Assembly (NCBI GenBank): GCA_963693365.1
Contig: CAVNZM010000007.1
Location: forward strand, 6,073,962 to 6,137,961
DNA: 64,000 bases
Source: Amoebidium appalachense
Lineage: Eukaryota; Protista; Ichthyosporea
Direction: 5' to 3'
The notes under the pieces: generated by a model
Database searches by the model: none
Seen by the model: only the letters and a program-made list of their open reading frames with translations
Told to the model about the DNA's origin: nothing
Shown here: positions 42,900 through 57,675 of the stretch, piece after piece
Layout: each line of letters begins with the position of its first letter
Position numbering within the stretch: position 1 is the stretch's first letter
Made by a program: the position numbers and the translations under genes

Positions 42900-44479
42900 A
42901 CTTGCTTCCTTCTAGGATTTAAATGCGTGAATGTTATCATATATGCGATGACTTATTCACGATGAATAGCCTGTATGGCTGGCCCCTACCGAAGAAATCC
43001 TTTTTTTTTTCTTCCGTCGTGTCTCCCTTGAGGAAATGGGCAGAGCCGTGCGCTGTCCAAGTGCGCGGCTGTATCATGAAAGTCTTTTTTTACCTTACAG
43101 TCGTCGTAGAGTGCCGAATTTTTTTCGGAACTGCAGAGAACAAAGAAATTGTAAGTGGATATCTAAGTGGATACCAATACGTATACCAAAAACGTTGCCT
43201 GTAGTCCGACAAGTCATGTCCAGAGCCACTGTGTGACGTAAGAATCTAAGAAGTTCACCATATTAGGTTTTCCAAGACACGTTAATATTGGTTCACTTTT
43301 CTATTGGCTAAGAGAGCATCAGGCAGGGTCGACACTCGACATCCGAGGAGCCAGTCACTGTATTACACGGTACCGAGGGTTTGTTTTAGCTTGTAGAATA
43401 GCACTTGTGCCCAAAAGAATTGTTTTCCAGGCGCCTTCACTTTTGATAACGCACATATACATTTAGCCAACTTCAAACGGCCCGTCCGCGGCCGCACTCG
43501 ACCTTCGGCACGAGGGTCGGCACGTCGACGCGGCGTGCACGTGCACGCGCATTGTCGCGCGATTGTCGGGACCCGTCAGCCTGTAAGGTTTGCAGAAGCG
43601 TTTGCAGAATGCCCAAACCCTATAGACCCACGCCGACCACACAATTTGCTTGCTAAATACCTCTGAGTAAATGCGTATTTTCTCGATATCGCTGCTAATA
43701 TTCATTTTTCGCTACATGATCTACCTTATGTAGCCAGTATCTTTAGTATCGTCTCCATCGGATCCATCATCCCCGCTCTCTTCACTAAAGTTGCGCTGAC
43801 TCACAGCTGAGCCCAACACATTTGAGGTAGCGATTGGAGGGCTTGGAAGGTTTTTTCTCTAATGATTGGTTACCTTACAGCTGACGGACCAAAGCCTTTT
43901 TTGATTAGTTTTTTATCATGCTTGTTATATAAGCCAAAATGTTGATTGGATAAAGATGAAAGTTGTGATCAGTGATTGGATTCCTAAAACATAGCAGAGC
44001 GGCAATTGCATTCTGTTTTAGAAATCCCTGGCAAATAAACCCGTACGATGTCTATAGCCATCTAAAGAATATGTAACTCTGACAAAGTAGATGTTCTTAA
44101 TGGCAAAATCAAAAACTCGTTAAACTCTATTGATCACTAAATTTTTCTTTTGCCTGGATTTATTCAACTGTTATCTACCTTGAAGTTCCAAATTCACATA
44201 AACTCCACTGAATACAGTTTGGAAATTGTTAAATTTAGTGGTTCGCTCTGATTTGTTTAAAAAGCTTTAAATCTTGTAGATCAGGCATGCTATGTTTGCC
44301 ACCGTTACATGCCGTGTGAGCCGGCGGACTCAGCCGAGTAGGTTTGGGTTGACACACAACGTTACCAGAAATCTTGCTAACCACGGTTTCCAAACCCGTC
44401 TTGCCAAGTTAGCTAGTACTACCACCACTATGTGTTAGTATATACATAGGTCTTTTAGATAAGAGCTTGTCTAGTTAAT

Positions 44480-45174
44480 ATGAGAGAAATGGGTTTCGCA
44501 AAGATATTCACCATTGAGAGGAAACTCTCGAGCGGACCACACGAGGTACGCCCCTTCAGTTTGTTTTCTTTTGAGTTTCCTTGTGTGCGTCTTTATCTCC
44601 TCATTCACCTGATTTCTTGTGCGGTCTTGGTCGCTTTTGCAGTGTTCAGGGACGTGTGTGTGCAAACAACGTAGATGGCCCTGTAAGTCCCAGCCGTTTT
44701 TTTGTTTGTTTTTTTTGTTTTTTTTTGCTTGTTGGTTTGTGCCCATTTGTTTGTCTAGCGACAACAGAAACGTGCATTAGCCCATGTCCAACGTGATATT
44801 ACTACTAATTCACAACATGAATGCCTGCCATACATTCTGTGTCCCTTGTGTGATTATGAATGCAGGTGTTCTTCTGCCTTTCCACATGGAACCCATTCCC
44901 TGCAACTGTATTTATGTACAGATGGTTCCCAACAATCGGTGTCATTATTTCTTTTCATTTCGATTTTTTGTTCCCTTTTCTATTATTGGCATTGTTGTTT
45001 TTTGTTGGTGAATTCAGTTAAATTATAACCCAGTTTTTGAACACCTTTGCTCGCAGTATTTCCCGGGTTCGTAGAATTTTGTTTGTTGTTTGATAGTGCA
45101 GAATCAGGGTGTGTTTGAATGGTACTGAGCGACATCGCAGCAAACGTTTACACCAATGCCACCCCGATCCCCCC

Positions 45175-45205
<31 letters not shown>

Positions 45206-45799
45206 ACACACACACCCACCCCCCTCCCCCCTCCCCCCTCCCCCCCCCCCCCCCTCCCCCCAACCCCCCCAACACACACACACACACACACAGACACACA
45301 CACACACACACTTCCCGCACGCGGGATTGTACGAATAGTGGTTTGTTTGTTGATATCATGTGTTGTTGATCCCTATTCTTCACACCGTTTCAAGCCTAAG
45401 GGGTCACTAAGAATCCCCTTTGAACATTTGTTGCCTGAGGGTTCCCAGAGAGAGGAGCAAAGATGGTCCATTATACCTTATGTTCCACCTCCCCTCGATC
45501 TGGTGTTAGTGTGACGGAAAACAAAATGCTCAGACGATAATAAATTACTTTAAATGGCCGCTCACACTGAGCATTTTGTTTTCCGTTTGATTTGCTCACA
45601 AGAGGGTGTGTTTGAATGCAGAAAAAGCCGTCGCTGTGGCACAAGAACTCTGTGTTCCAGTCCCAGACGCTGCCCAGTCGCCGTCCAGATAACGTGAATA
45701 TTCTTGTGGAGGTATGTTAGGAATTTGTAACACACTCTCCTCCTAAGTAATGGATGTACACACACACACACACACACATGTATACACACACGCACACAC

Positions 45800-45895
<96 letters not shown>

Positions 45896-46201
45896 AACAC
45901 AAAAACGATCCGAATGAGTACATCCAGGGGCTTAGATGCACGTGCGCACAGCTCATGGGCAAGGACACACAAGCACACGCACTTGTGTCCATATACAGAA
46001 CGAAATACTTTGCATGCATACGAGCACCGCCACACAAAACTCATACAAGCCACACACGCACCATCGCACGCACCACTAAATCGGCACACGCACAGACACG
46101 CACACACACGCGCGTACCCATGTGTGCACACACACACACACACACACACACACACCGGTGCGCGCGCGTCGCACACACACACACACACACACACATACAC
46201 A

Positions 46202-46239
<38 letters not shown>

Positions 46240-46724
46240 ACAGTGCCACACTCACGTAAACCCTCCTTAGGGCTTTCCGAATACACACCGACAATAAGAT
46301 AGTATGCAAGAAGATCGCATGGTGACATACACTCCCATGCATCCACGTACACTGTGTGCAGTAGTGCAATTGGAAACTTATCCCTGCTTGCAGCCAAAGT
46401 CAAAAAACGAGATTCCAAACACACGCTGTTACAAGACACTTTTTTTACACAGCCAGATAACAACATATCATGACGCACACGGCATGCCTACAGACAGAAT
46501 TGCATGAATTCGTTCAGAACATAGACGGACGCAAACATAACACACAAAAATCAGCATACAGATAGACACGCCCGCAGATACACTTGCACTGTCATGTGCC
46601 TGAATTTACTTAAGCAAGGTATTTATGGTATGACTTGTGTAAATATACACAGGGAATGGGCTTATATGCACACCTCGTGGTGTTCGTGTACACCAAGTGT
46701 CACAGTGCATATTTTCTCGAGTCT

Positions 46725-46757
<33 letters not shown>

Positions 46758-46814
46758 CCCCCCCCCCCCCCCTCCCCCCTCTCTCACCCCCCCCTCCCTC
46801 TCGCGCTCTCTGAT

Positions 46815-46848
<34 letters not shown>

Positions 46849-48116
46849 CGATGATCTCTCTCCCTCTCTCTCCCTCTCTCTCTCCCTCTCTCTCTCGCTC
46901 TCTCTTTCCCCTCTCTCCCTCTCTTCCTCTCTCTCTCTCTCCCTCTCCCTCCCTCTCTCTCTCTCTCTCATTTTTCTATCTCTCTATATCTCTCTCTATC
47001 TCTCTATATCTCTCTTTATCTCTCTCCCTCCCTACTCTCAGGCACGTTTTTGTGATTTCCCCCCCTCACAGCGTGTGTGTGAGTGTGTGTGTGTGTGTGT
47101 GTGTGTCTGTGCCTGTGTCTGTGTCTGTGTCTGTGTCTGTGTCTGGGTTTGCTGTCTACGAGTGGGTGTGTTGCAGTGTCCAAAGTCTGTGTTTGGCACA
47201 CCTCTCCCACATCTGTTTGCACATTTATATAATGTGCATCCACCCTTATGTATAACATGCACTTGGTTGCCGGCTAAGTGAAAACAGCTGCAAACCCAGC
47301 GGCAAAACAGAAAAAATCCCACCAATGACCAGTACATTTACCGAAATTTGGTTTCTTTTCACACAGGAACACCAACAAAAACCCGATTTGGCGCTCAAAA
47401 GCGATGAGCCCTTAACCCTACCCCTACCATGCACCACCATGAAAGAGGTCCTCGGGCCCCCGGCCTCGGCAAAACTAGCGCCAATCCCATTGGATGGCAA
47501 GGCACCCAACTATGTGCAGAGCCACGTCGTGATTGGCACGCAGAAAACCGATCCTGCTGCTCGGCCAATCAGAACCAAGTCTGTTCTCAGACGGTCTATG
47601 ACTGGTATGTGCTGGCGTGTAGGATTTAGTGGTTGCTACGAGTTGTTGTTTTTTCCCTTACATCGTTTTTATAAGGAAAGGAAGGTTTTGGGGGGAGGGG
47701 GGATGGGGGCGAGGGGGGGAGGGGGGGGGGGGGGGGGGCATGTATGAGCCAAAAATCTCAAGAGGGTTGGTGTGCGGTCAGAACTTGTGTGTGGTAGTGT
47801 GAATGGGAGCATTACAATCCGTGTGTGTATGTTGATGTATGTGTGCTCCCTCGGTTTGTTAACCACCATTTGGCAGGACAGCAAATTTCAACCACTTTTT
47901 GGGTAAAGAAACAATAAGCTATTGGTGCCCTACGGTGTTAACATATGTTTCACAATACACGAATATCACATGAAGTACTATGGCCAATTTCTAACCCTGG
48001 CGTGCTTTGCAGCGCCTGTCACCCTAGACCAGATCAACCAGGCCCAGTGGGAAACAACACAACAGCCCGTTGTGAAGGTACTTTCACACGCTAACAATCC
48101 CCTCCTCGCCCCCCCT

Positions 48117-48152
<36 letters not shown>

Positions 48153-49629
48153 CCCTCCCACCACACCACCGCACCCTCCTTCAACCTCCTCCTCCAATCC
48201 TACCTTCCATTCAATGTTTCAGCCCTCTACTGTCCCCCCTTCCCCCCCCCCCTCCCCCCCCACCTCACCCGACCCCCACCTCCACCTTCCATGCTAACCC
48301 ATACTCAACTCATCCCCACCTTCCCCCCCTCATTTTTACCCCCCTCTTGCCTCACACCCACTCCCGGGCTTCATGAAAAAAGGTAACGTTCTCTTTTTTA
48401 GCATCCGTGCTTTCCATTTAATAATTGAGTGCAGCTGAATGGGAGGGGGGGGGGGGGGGGGGGGGGGTACGTAAACATTACGGCAGATTAATGAAGAGAG
48501 CTTTCACCTTCTTTTAATTCGGTTCGGGTGCAAGATGGCGGGCCTAAGCACGTGGGGGCCTGACATAAAAGGATATAAACTTTGACCTTGCACCCACTGA
48601 TTTCCATATGTGGTTGTTTTAGGTACGTGAGGGACGCCGGCCGGTTCGGCACATTGACACGGAAGCGGTCAGAGCCATGCTGATGGACACGGATACAGTC
48701 TCCTGGTGCGTTTGCCTCCCCCCCCCCCCCCCCCCCCCCCCCCCGGCGCTCCAAACACACACGCACACGCACACCACTCGCCGGTCCCCCCCTCCCCCCA
48801 CCCCTCACCGCCCGCACAACTCCACAACCATGGTGGTACCCTGGCACGTTTTGTCGTTTTTTCCCCTATGCAGAACCCTCTCCTACCACGAATTGTGTAT
48901 TGACATATTCCCTTTCCCCCACAAACAGAAACATACCCAACATACAAACAACAACAACAAAAAAAATAGCGATGACAGGTATTGATTGATAGCTAACAAA
49001 TCAGGCACAACAATAAATTTGATTAATAAGTAATTCAACATTGCATCTACCCCCCAGGTCACAACTTGGAGCCATGGAATCCAACTCCACCCCCGAGACA
49101 CGAACCATCCACCAATCAGACACTGAACGCGAAATCGAATCCGATACGGAATCCAATTCAGATGAATCGTCGGCATTTCCCCGGGGCAAGGTGACCCTTC
49201 ACCGTTCAAACGCCGAACTGTGGCGCAGATCAACCATATATGTTCTTCCCCAGCGAAAAATCCCCACGCGAGTCTCCGAACTTGAAATCAATACTGCCTC
49301 TGACAAAGGTATTGCCATATATTTCCTTACAGAGCTACATCACCCTCCACCCCAACTCCCCCTCCCCACTTCACCCCCACACACACAGAGAGAGAGAGAG
49401 AGAGAGAAACACATACACACAGGCACAGACACACTCACACCTGCCCCGGGAACCACCTCTGAGTCCTATCCCCTTTTACCCATTTTCTGTGCATGTCAGT
49501 GACACAGCATATCTCCTGCGCACGCCTTCCCGACCAACCACCGAATTCTTACCCCTTTTACTTCTTTTCTCAGTTACCCAGCAAACGGACACACACACAC
49601 AGACACAAACACACACACACACACACACA

Positions 49630-49660
<31 letters not shown>

Positions 49661-49664
49661 ACCC

Positions 49665-49710
<46 letters not shown>

Positions 49711-50424
49711 ACACTTTGCAGGAGATCCTGAAATCGGAGCTGCAGAACTTCCTTTCCGCGTTGGGTTTTGCATCCCTCACCGGTTTCATGTGGACCAATC
49801 ATTCATCAGAAACGCCAATCCGATGCTCAGGAGGATCTGCGGCCTATGCAAAGAGAAAATCGCTTTCAGGCACAAGTCGGCAGTGTGCAGAGGTATGAAA
49901 TACTTTTTGCTACCAACCAGAAATTTAATTAGAAAATTCGATACTGAAACCAGAACAGTAAGGAGGTAATGGGTGTAGGAGCGGAAATGATCGAGGAAAT
50001 CTTGAGAATATAATGACGACCAGCAATGGCACTACTCAAACCCTCCTTTCACCTTTCTTGATAATATTTAAAACAACTTGAGCCGAAGACTTACACGAAG
50101 TGCTTGTAGGAGCAGCAGAAAGCAATAGGAGTATTTACATGCAGTAAGCGTCGTTTATTCTTTGAATTAAATATGGTTATTTTTGCAGACTGCAGAATGG
50201 TCTGTCACAGCACGTGTCAGGCCATGGTACCCCCTACCTGCGGCATGCCCAAAACATACCCACAGGTCTCAATCTTTGGTGAGTGTTGCCCCCCCTCCCC
50301 CCCCCCCCCCCCCCCCTCATCCTCCCCCTTCCCCCCCATCCTACACATACCATGCGCACCCAAACACACACACACACACATATATGCAAACGCAGACACA
50401 CACGCACGCATGCACGCATGCTAT

Positions 50425-50461
<37 letters not shown>

Positions 50462-50960
50462 ACACTAGTGGCACTAGAAACTTCCATTACCATACGAAAG
50501 CATCAACGGACATGTGAGCACGAGCCAAGGATATTTTTTAATTTCATAAACGAAACACTTGACATGAGCACATACGCTAATGCATCTGCTTCACGAGCTA
50601 TACCGTCAGATTTAGACACCACATACATTTCACCAAGTATTCACCCCTTATTCTGACCACTCACTTTATGTAAATTCAGGGACAGTGCAAGGGTCACTTG
50701 TAGGAGCCAACGTGTTTGAGGTGCCGCTGAAAACTCTGGCAACAAGAGAGCAGCTATTGGTCCCCCATATGATCAATGCAGTGGTCCGGAGGGTGGAGGA
50801 GGAGGGCCTGGACACGGAGGTACGGTGTGTACGTGTGTGTGTGGGGGGGGAGGGGGGGGGGATGTGTGTATGTGTGTTTTTGAGTGTGTGTGTGTGTGTG
50901 TGTCTGTGTGTGAGGGGGTTGGGGGCTGTAGAGGGGGAGGGGGGGGGGGGGGGGAAGGAG

Positions 50961-50999
<39 letters not shown>

Positions 51000-51607
51000 G
51001 ATAGGGGGGGGGGGGGGGGGGGGGGGGATTGGGGGTGTGTAACAATCTGTCAGTAATGTACCCTTGTGTTGGCATTTATACCCACACCCGACGCCCAACT
51101 CGTGTATGTTGGGTTCATAGATTTAGTTATTGTTGCACAGTGCTGGGAAGTGTATGGTGTGACCCTCAGATAGAAGTGGAGGGTATAACTACCGAAACAA
51201 AAAAACATTTACAACAAAAACCAGCTATTCTTTTGTTTGCTCCTTTTTTTTTCTTTTTCTTTTTTTTTTTTTTTTTTGAGGGGGGGGGGGGGGGGGGGGT
51301 CTTTGGTTTTTTTCGAAAGAAACGATGGATACCTGTTAACGGTGATCTACATACACAGGGGCTGTATCGAGTGTGTGGACCTCACACCGAGATTGAGGCT
51401 ATGCGCATGCGCTTTAACTTTGGCCGTCCAAATTTGGCAAACACCGACGTCCACGTCTGCACCAGGTGAGTAAAAACGCTACACGACTTAAAGTTCCCAG
51501 ATGAACTGCAATGCTTCGGTACCATGGCTCTATTGCTTTCACTACACCTCCCCCCCCCCCCCCCCCCCCTCCCCCCCTTACCCTTCTCCCCTTCCCTGTC
51601 TGCCTCC

Positions 51608-51644
<37 letters not shown>

Positions 51645-51682
51645 CCCCCCCCCCTTCCCTCTCCCCTTCCCTGTCTGCCTCC

Positions 51683-51713
<31 letters not shown>

Positions 51714-52153
51714 TCCCCCCCCCCCCCCCCCCACCCACCCACCCAAACTGTGTATCTCCGTGATCTATTATGCATCGGGTAATTTGCATTTCTGTTAAAG
51801 TTTTAGTTGCCAGATAAGTGGGAGTTGAGATTGCAAGGTAGATGCAGTGGTAGTTTTGGGGGGTGTCCGTGTTTTTTGTTTTTTTTTGGGGGGGGGAGGG
51901 GAGGAGGGGGGAAGCCGAGGGGGCAAGGGGAGGGGGGGGGGGGGGTGGAGGGGGGGAGGGGGGTGAGACTAGGATGGGAATGAGACGAGAGGTGGGTTTG
52001 TCTTTAATGTAGATCTGTATCTCTGGAATCACTTGCACACGGGCATACACGTATTCATCTACGTACACGTACAAATACACACACAAACACTAAAGCACAC
52101 ACACCAACAAATGCACACACACAAACTACATAAACACAAACACGTCACACACA

Positions 52154-52201
<48 letters not shown>

Positions 52202-52291
52202 CTTCTGAAGAAGCTTCTTCGAGAAACCCCGGAGCCCCTTCTAACACACGAGCTACAGCCGAGATTTATAGAAGCCCTCGGTAACGTCCCC

Positions 52292-52324
<33 letters not shown>

Positions 52325-52438
52325 TCTCTCTCTCTCCCCGCAACCAAGAAGAATCGACTGCTGCATGCTCCCATCCCTGCACCTCTGCAAATTAAGAAGT
52401 GGGAATTGAACGGAGGAGGTGGTGGTGGTGGTGGTGGT

Positions 52439-52530
<92 letters not shown>

Positions 52531-53096
52531 GGAGGGGGGGGGGGGGTGGAGGGGGAGGGGAAGGATATATTGGATGCATGGAAGGAAAAAATCCAAAAAA
52601 AAAAACCGATACGTGTTTTTGACACACCTGCACTTGCATCCAATCATTCCCTTGGCCGAATATCATGACTATACAGAAACACATATGAAAACCTGCGTTG
52701 AGAAACACTTGTATGTATCAATAACCATCAGGTATATGTCTAAACTCAACCCGACAATCCGAGGAATCGAAAAGTTTCTGACATTGGACCAATGAACATT
52801 TACTCACGTGACGCACGCCCAATCAGAACTGCAGAATCGGTGGCAGCGGCACAAAGCACTGCGCCGATTGGTTGCTTCTCTGCCCGAAGCACACCAGGCT
52901 ACACTCCAATTCATTATGCAGCATCTGTATAGGGTGGTGGAACACAGCAGCACCAATAAGGTGTGTGGGGATTGGGTGTGTGTGTGTGCGTGGGTGTGTG
53001 TGGATAGGAGGGGGGGACAGGGGGGGGGGGAAGGGGGGGGGGGGGGGGAGGGGGGGGGGGAGGGGGAGGGGGGCGGGGGGGGCAGGGTCACGTACG

Positions 53097-53144
<48 letters not shown>

Positions 53145-53447
53145 GTTGTGTGTGTGTGTGTGTGTGTGTGTGTGCACCTGCTCATGCGGAAGTTCGTGGT
53201 GGTGGGTGCACCAAATTTTCACGTTGAATATGCCGTGTGTCGTATAGTTCCAATGCACGTTGGCACAAACACATTCCCACGTGACTTACATCCAATCACC
53301 ATGCAGATGACAGCGCGTAACCTAGCAACGATCTTTGGGCCCACAATTTTCCGCGATCAGATGCACGATCTGACGGTCAGCGGCTACTATATAAGGGTGG
53401 TCGAGGAACTTCTTGCACTGGATAAATCTTTCTGGGGCTCTGTGTAA
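44480..53447 (+). CDS. C1-domain RhoGAP, RacGAP1/CYK-4-like; exons about 44480-44545, 45620-45711, 47367-47603, 48013-48077, 48623-48705, 49058-49308, 49722-49892, 50189-50278, 50681-50819, 51359-51465, 52201-52280, 52827-52960, 53307-53447
   Basis: C1 domain [28 protein letters not shown]; GAP motifs GLDTEGLYRVCG (Arg finger), [33 protein letters not shown]. The 5' exons and start are less certain. Confidence 0.88.
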
Positions 53448-53477
53448 TTTCATATAGACCCCCCCCCCCCCCCTTCC

Positions 53478-53615
53478 CGGCTACTGTCGATGACGTGGGC
53501 CCTCTTGGAGGGTGGGCTCTACTTACTATGCATACTCTTTTATGTGTAGTTTGCACTCTGCAATGTCATTTGTTGTGAATGTGTATGTACTTGGTACTCT
53601 ATGGCAGGCACATTA
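53478..53615 (-). repeat. Dispersed short repeat family, copy just 3' of the RhoGAP stop
   Basis: Reverse complement contains tgcagagtgcaaac..gtatgcatagtaag.agagccca..gggcccacgtcatc. Confidence 0.75.
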
Positions 53616-54821
53616 TAGCTAACTACCCATCATCCCCCTTCTTTCGTGATTTCAACTATGCATACAAAAATACGAGGAAAAAAGTCGTTGGTGTCGATTG
53701 AACGGTAGAATAATTCGGGTATCGGTTTTTTTCTCGATATCATACATGGATATGTCGCTAATGCCACATACATACCCCATCGACACGTTGCATGCATGTG
53801 CACACCATTGCTGCATCTTTTATTGGTCTTGGAGTTGCTTAGATGTATGTTACCTGCTGAAATTTCAAAATTTAGATATACCGTGTGAATGATCGTCAGA
53901 GCCTCTTGCCTACTTCTGATTGATTCAATACCCTCCAGTGTTCAGAGAAATTGTCTGCTAGTCCTTTCTGTGGCGTCATGGTGGAGGGATTAAGAATAGT
54001 AGGATAACTCACATAAGGAGAATATGCTTAGTCGACGTCTTTATATTGTTTGATTGAGTTGAGCTGCCGCTTGTTTGCGAATATTCGAAGCATGAACATG
54101 CCACAGTCTAAATCTATCTTGCTGCATGATACACTATGCTATTCGCATGCCAGTGTTGTGTCATTTCATGTAACCGTTACGGGCTCAGTTGTTTGTTCTC
54201 GCCGACCGGTGTTATTTCCTCCTATGGCGGTGCTATATCATCGATGTCTTGGGAGGAAAGAGTTTGGTTTTCCCTTTTTTCTCCCTCCCTATGCTATCAG
54301 CTGAGGTCGGCGACACAGGGAGCCAATAATCCCAAAACGGTTGAATAAACAACATATGCAATATATCACAGTGGTGGAACCCCCCCCCCCCCCCCCCCCC
54401 CCCCCGGACGGCCCCCCACCCCCCACCCCACCCCAGCCCTCCGACACGCAGAACGATTTAGAAAAAAAACAAACAACACCGGTAACAAGTTCAATACACA
54501 GGAACTGTCAGCTATTATCGTAACATACTGTACAGTTTGAGAAGAGGTTGCATATCATGCAATGTATGAATTTGCATTATCATACATGGTGGATGGCGAG
54601 GCACATGTCGACTCAAGTACGTGAATTCGGCTAGCCAGCCATAGATCTATGAGAATAAGTAGGAGTATATATATACGTATGACAACGGGGTTGTATGTAA
54701 GCAGTGCATACGATGTCAGGATATGGTTTGTGAAGGATGGGGTGCCAAGTGGTGGTGGTGGATCAGGTGGTGGTGATGGTGGGGTGTCACGGTGGTGGTG
54801 GTGGTGGTGTGTTTTGTGTGT

Positions 54822-54852
<31 letters not shown>

Positions 54853-56789
54853 GGGGGGAGGGGGGGAGGTATGTATACTGCAACATTTCAACTGATTTAA
54901 GGAGGGAGGGGGGGGGGGGGGGGGGGGGAGACTATGTATACTGAAACATTTCAACTGTTATAAACGGTTAAAGTAACCCAGAACAAAAGAATAGCACTGC
55001 ATTACAATCAGAGACAGATCGGGGACTGTTCTGGTGCCCATATACACCAAACGAGACCATTTATAACTTGAAGAATGCATGCTGGTATAATGGTGGGTGG
55101 GTGGGTAGGAGGATCATTAGGTGTGTGTGTGTGTGTGTGTGTGTGTTGAGGGACGAGGAGGGGGGGGGGGGGGGGAGGGGGATACGGAGGGAAAATGTGT
55201 TCGATTCCATCACAGTCACAGCCGATGTTTGCGAAATGTATGTAGAAATCCTAGCTGGAGCCCGCCAGCACATGTATGTGTACACACACACAAAAAAATA
55301 AAAAACCAAAAAGGTATTAAATTCGGATACATAAACGAGCTTAGCCTAAGTGTTACAAATCATGCTGGAATCCAAAACGATGTGAAAATACGACTTGGGG
55401 CAGGATATATACATGGTGAAGTATGATTATATTCAACTTCTTGAATGGGATTAACGATAAACGGAAAGGAATATACATGTATTCTCTCTTCTCATGAGAC
55501 TGTATGTTAGGACCAGCTTGGTTTTCAGCATTCTGAATAAATACAAATAACATGGAAATCAGCATACATGCATATAAAAAAAAACATCGTTCTAATCGTG
55601 ACAAACACAAAGGGAAGCAACCACCAGATACACAGCAACTGTTGCAGCAACTAACAACATCATAGTTTAACTCCATACAACGATGATTGACAACTATAAC
55701 AGCCTTTCTGTGTGATGTACGTCATGCTTTTTAGTGTCCGTATCATGAACCACACTATCTGTCGCTAAATATCAGGCCTTTTGAAACACAAATGTCCAGC
55801 ATACGACATACACAGACAATGAAGAGACGTAAAAGTTTTAACTTGAAGATGGGGCATTGAATTTCCCATGTTGTATCATTTTGAACAAACAGTCGTGACT
55901 GTGGGAGGACCAACGTCAGAATCCTGTGCCCCATCAAACACCAAATTATGACATAAAGGTCATCATTACAGGGGAGTGTGTGTGTGCAACGTGCGAGAAA
56001 TGACGAGGGGTTGATGTGTGTGCAATGTGCCAAAAAAGGGGTTAGCCCCCCCTCCGCCCCCCCCCCACCTCCCCCTTCCCCCTATTTCTCTCTCTCTCTC
56101 TCTCTCTCTCCCTCCCCCCCCCCCCCCCCCCCCCCCCCTCTCCTTCTCTCACCATCTGCACTCTTGAGCACACCAGTGTAGATATGTGAAGATGATTAAA
56201 TTTTTGCGGAGGTAGTGTTTGTCCCCCTCCCTCCCCCCGCCCTTCTTTTATTTTATTTTATTTTATTTTACTTTATTTTACTTATTTATTTATTATTATA
56301 ATTTATTTTTTTTTTTTTGTGGGGGGGGGGGGGGGGGGGGGGGGGGGGGATCATCATGGTCAAGAAAGAATGTAACATGCTACACGTGTGCAAGCCATCA
56401 TAACCACCACAACCTCGCCACAACATTCTTTCATCTCGAACATCTACTCTTTGCGCACAACGTAACTGTCCATCACACTGAACCTTGCCTGCCCTGCCAT
56501 AAACATAGCTGTAAACACATTTACACATGCAGCAGGCAAACGTGCACTTGAAAATGGAAAGACATTGAGTCAGACCCCAAGTGCATAAAAGACCACAAAC
56601 GCATGCACACGAGTACAACCCACTCGGAAACCTAAAACCAAAGAGCCCGCACCAATCAACCATAGGGCATCAGGCTCTCAACACAAGCAGGAGGACTCAT
56701 GGGAAACTGGATGCATAGCCGGGTAGGCATAGAATCTCTATCATTCCCCCCTGCCCCGCCCAATTCCTCTCTCTCTCTCTCTCTCTCTC

Positions 56790-56827
<38 letters not shown>

Positions 56828-57470
56828 CCCCCCTCCCTCCCCCCCCCCCCCTCCCTCCCCTCCCCCTCCACTCTCTTACTATGTGTGTGTGCACCGTGTC
56901 CCACTGTCTTTTGGGTGCATGTGTTTGTGTCTACATGTGTGTGTATAGAGCATGGGGGTGCGTGCGCGCGAGCGTGTGTTGGTGTGTGTGTGTGTGTGGG
57001 TGAGTGGGTTGGTGGGGGGGGGGGGGGGGGGGGGGGGGGAGGGGGGGGGGTTGTTGTTGTTGATATGGCCTAACGAGGAAAAGGTGCTGAATTGCTTTCA
57101 AAGTACAGTTTGCGCATGTGGTGGCTCTAGGCGCTAAGAACACTCTCGGTAGACACATATAGCGAGGCTGCCATGGCAGCATTCGGCTTGTGTTGCTCCA
57201 TGCCGGACGGGGCACGGCAGGGCAGGGCAGAGAAGGGTAGGGCAGGGTGGGTTGGCGCAGGGAGGGGGGAGGGGGAGACGGAGGGAATGGGGGGGGGGGG
57301 GGGGGGGGTGGGGGGGGGGGGAAGCAAGGCATTAAACAGCCCGAGCTCATGAAGAATATTAGAGCCATATGGATAGGTCTGTTAAGCCGACACACATGCA
57401 ACAGCAAGAGAGCTTGGACAGATAAAAGGGCGGAGTGAAGAGAAGAGAACAGAAGACGTGGGTTAGGAAG

Positions 57471-57502
<32 letters not shown>

Positions 57503-57675
57503 TTAAAAACTGCAATAGAGTAGGAGACACACACACACCACCGACAACACAACTGGGATCACGCAAAAAGGCATACACGAGGGGAGACGGGAAGGGGGGG
57601 AAGAGGAGGAAGAGGGTGTACTTACAGGAAGCTAATTCTTGTCGGGATCGTCATTCGGATCCATCTGATGGTCAT

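Noticed and set aside
43042-43070. 11-bp hairpin AGCCGTGCGCT/AGTGCGCGGCT as a terminator or ncRNA
   Set aside because: It is isolated, relies on G-U pairs and has no other support
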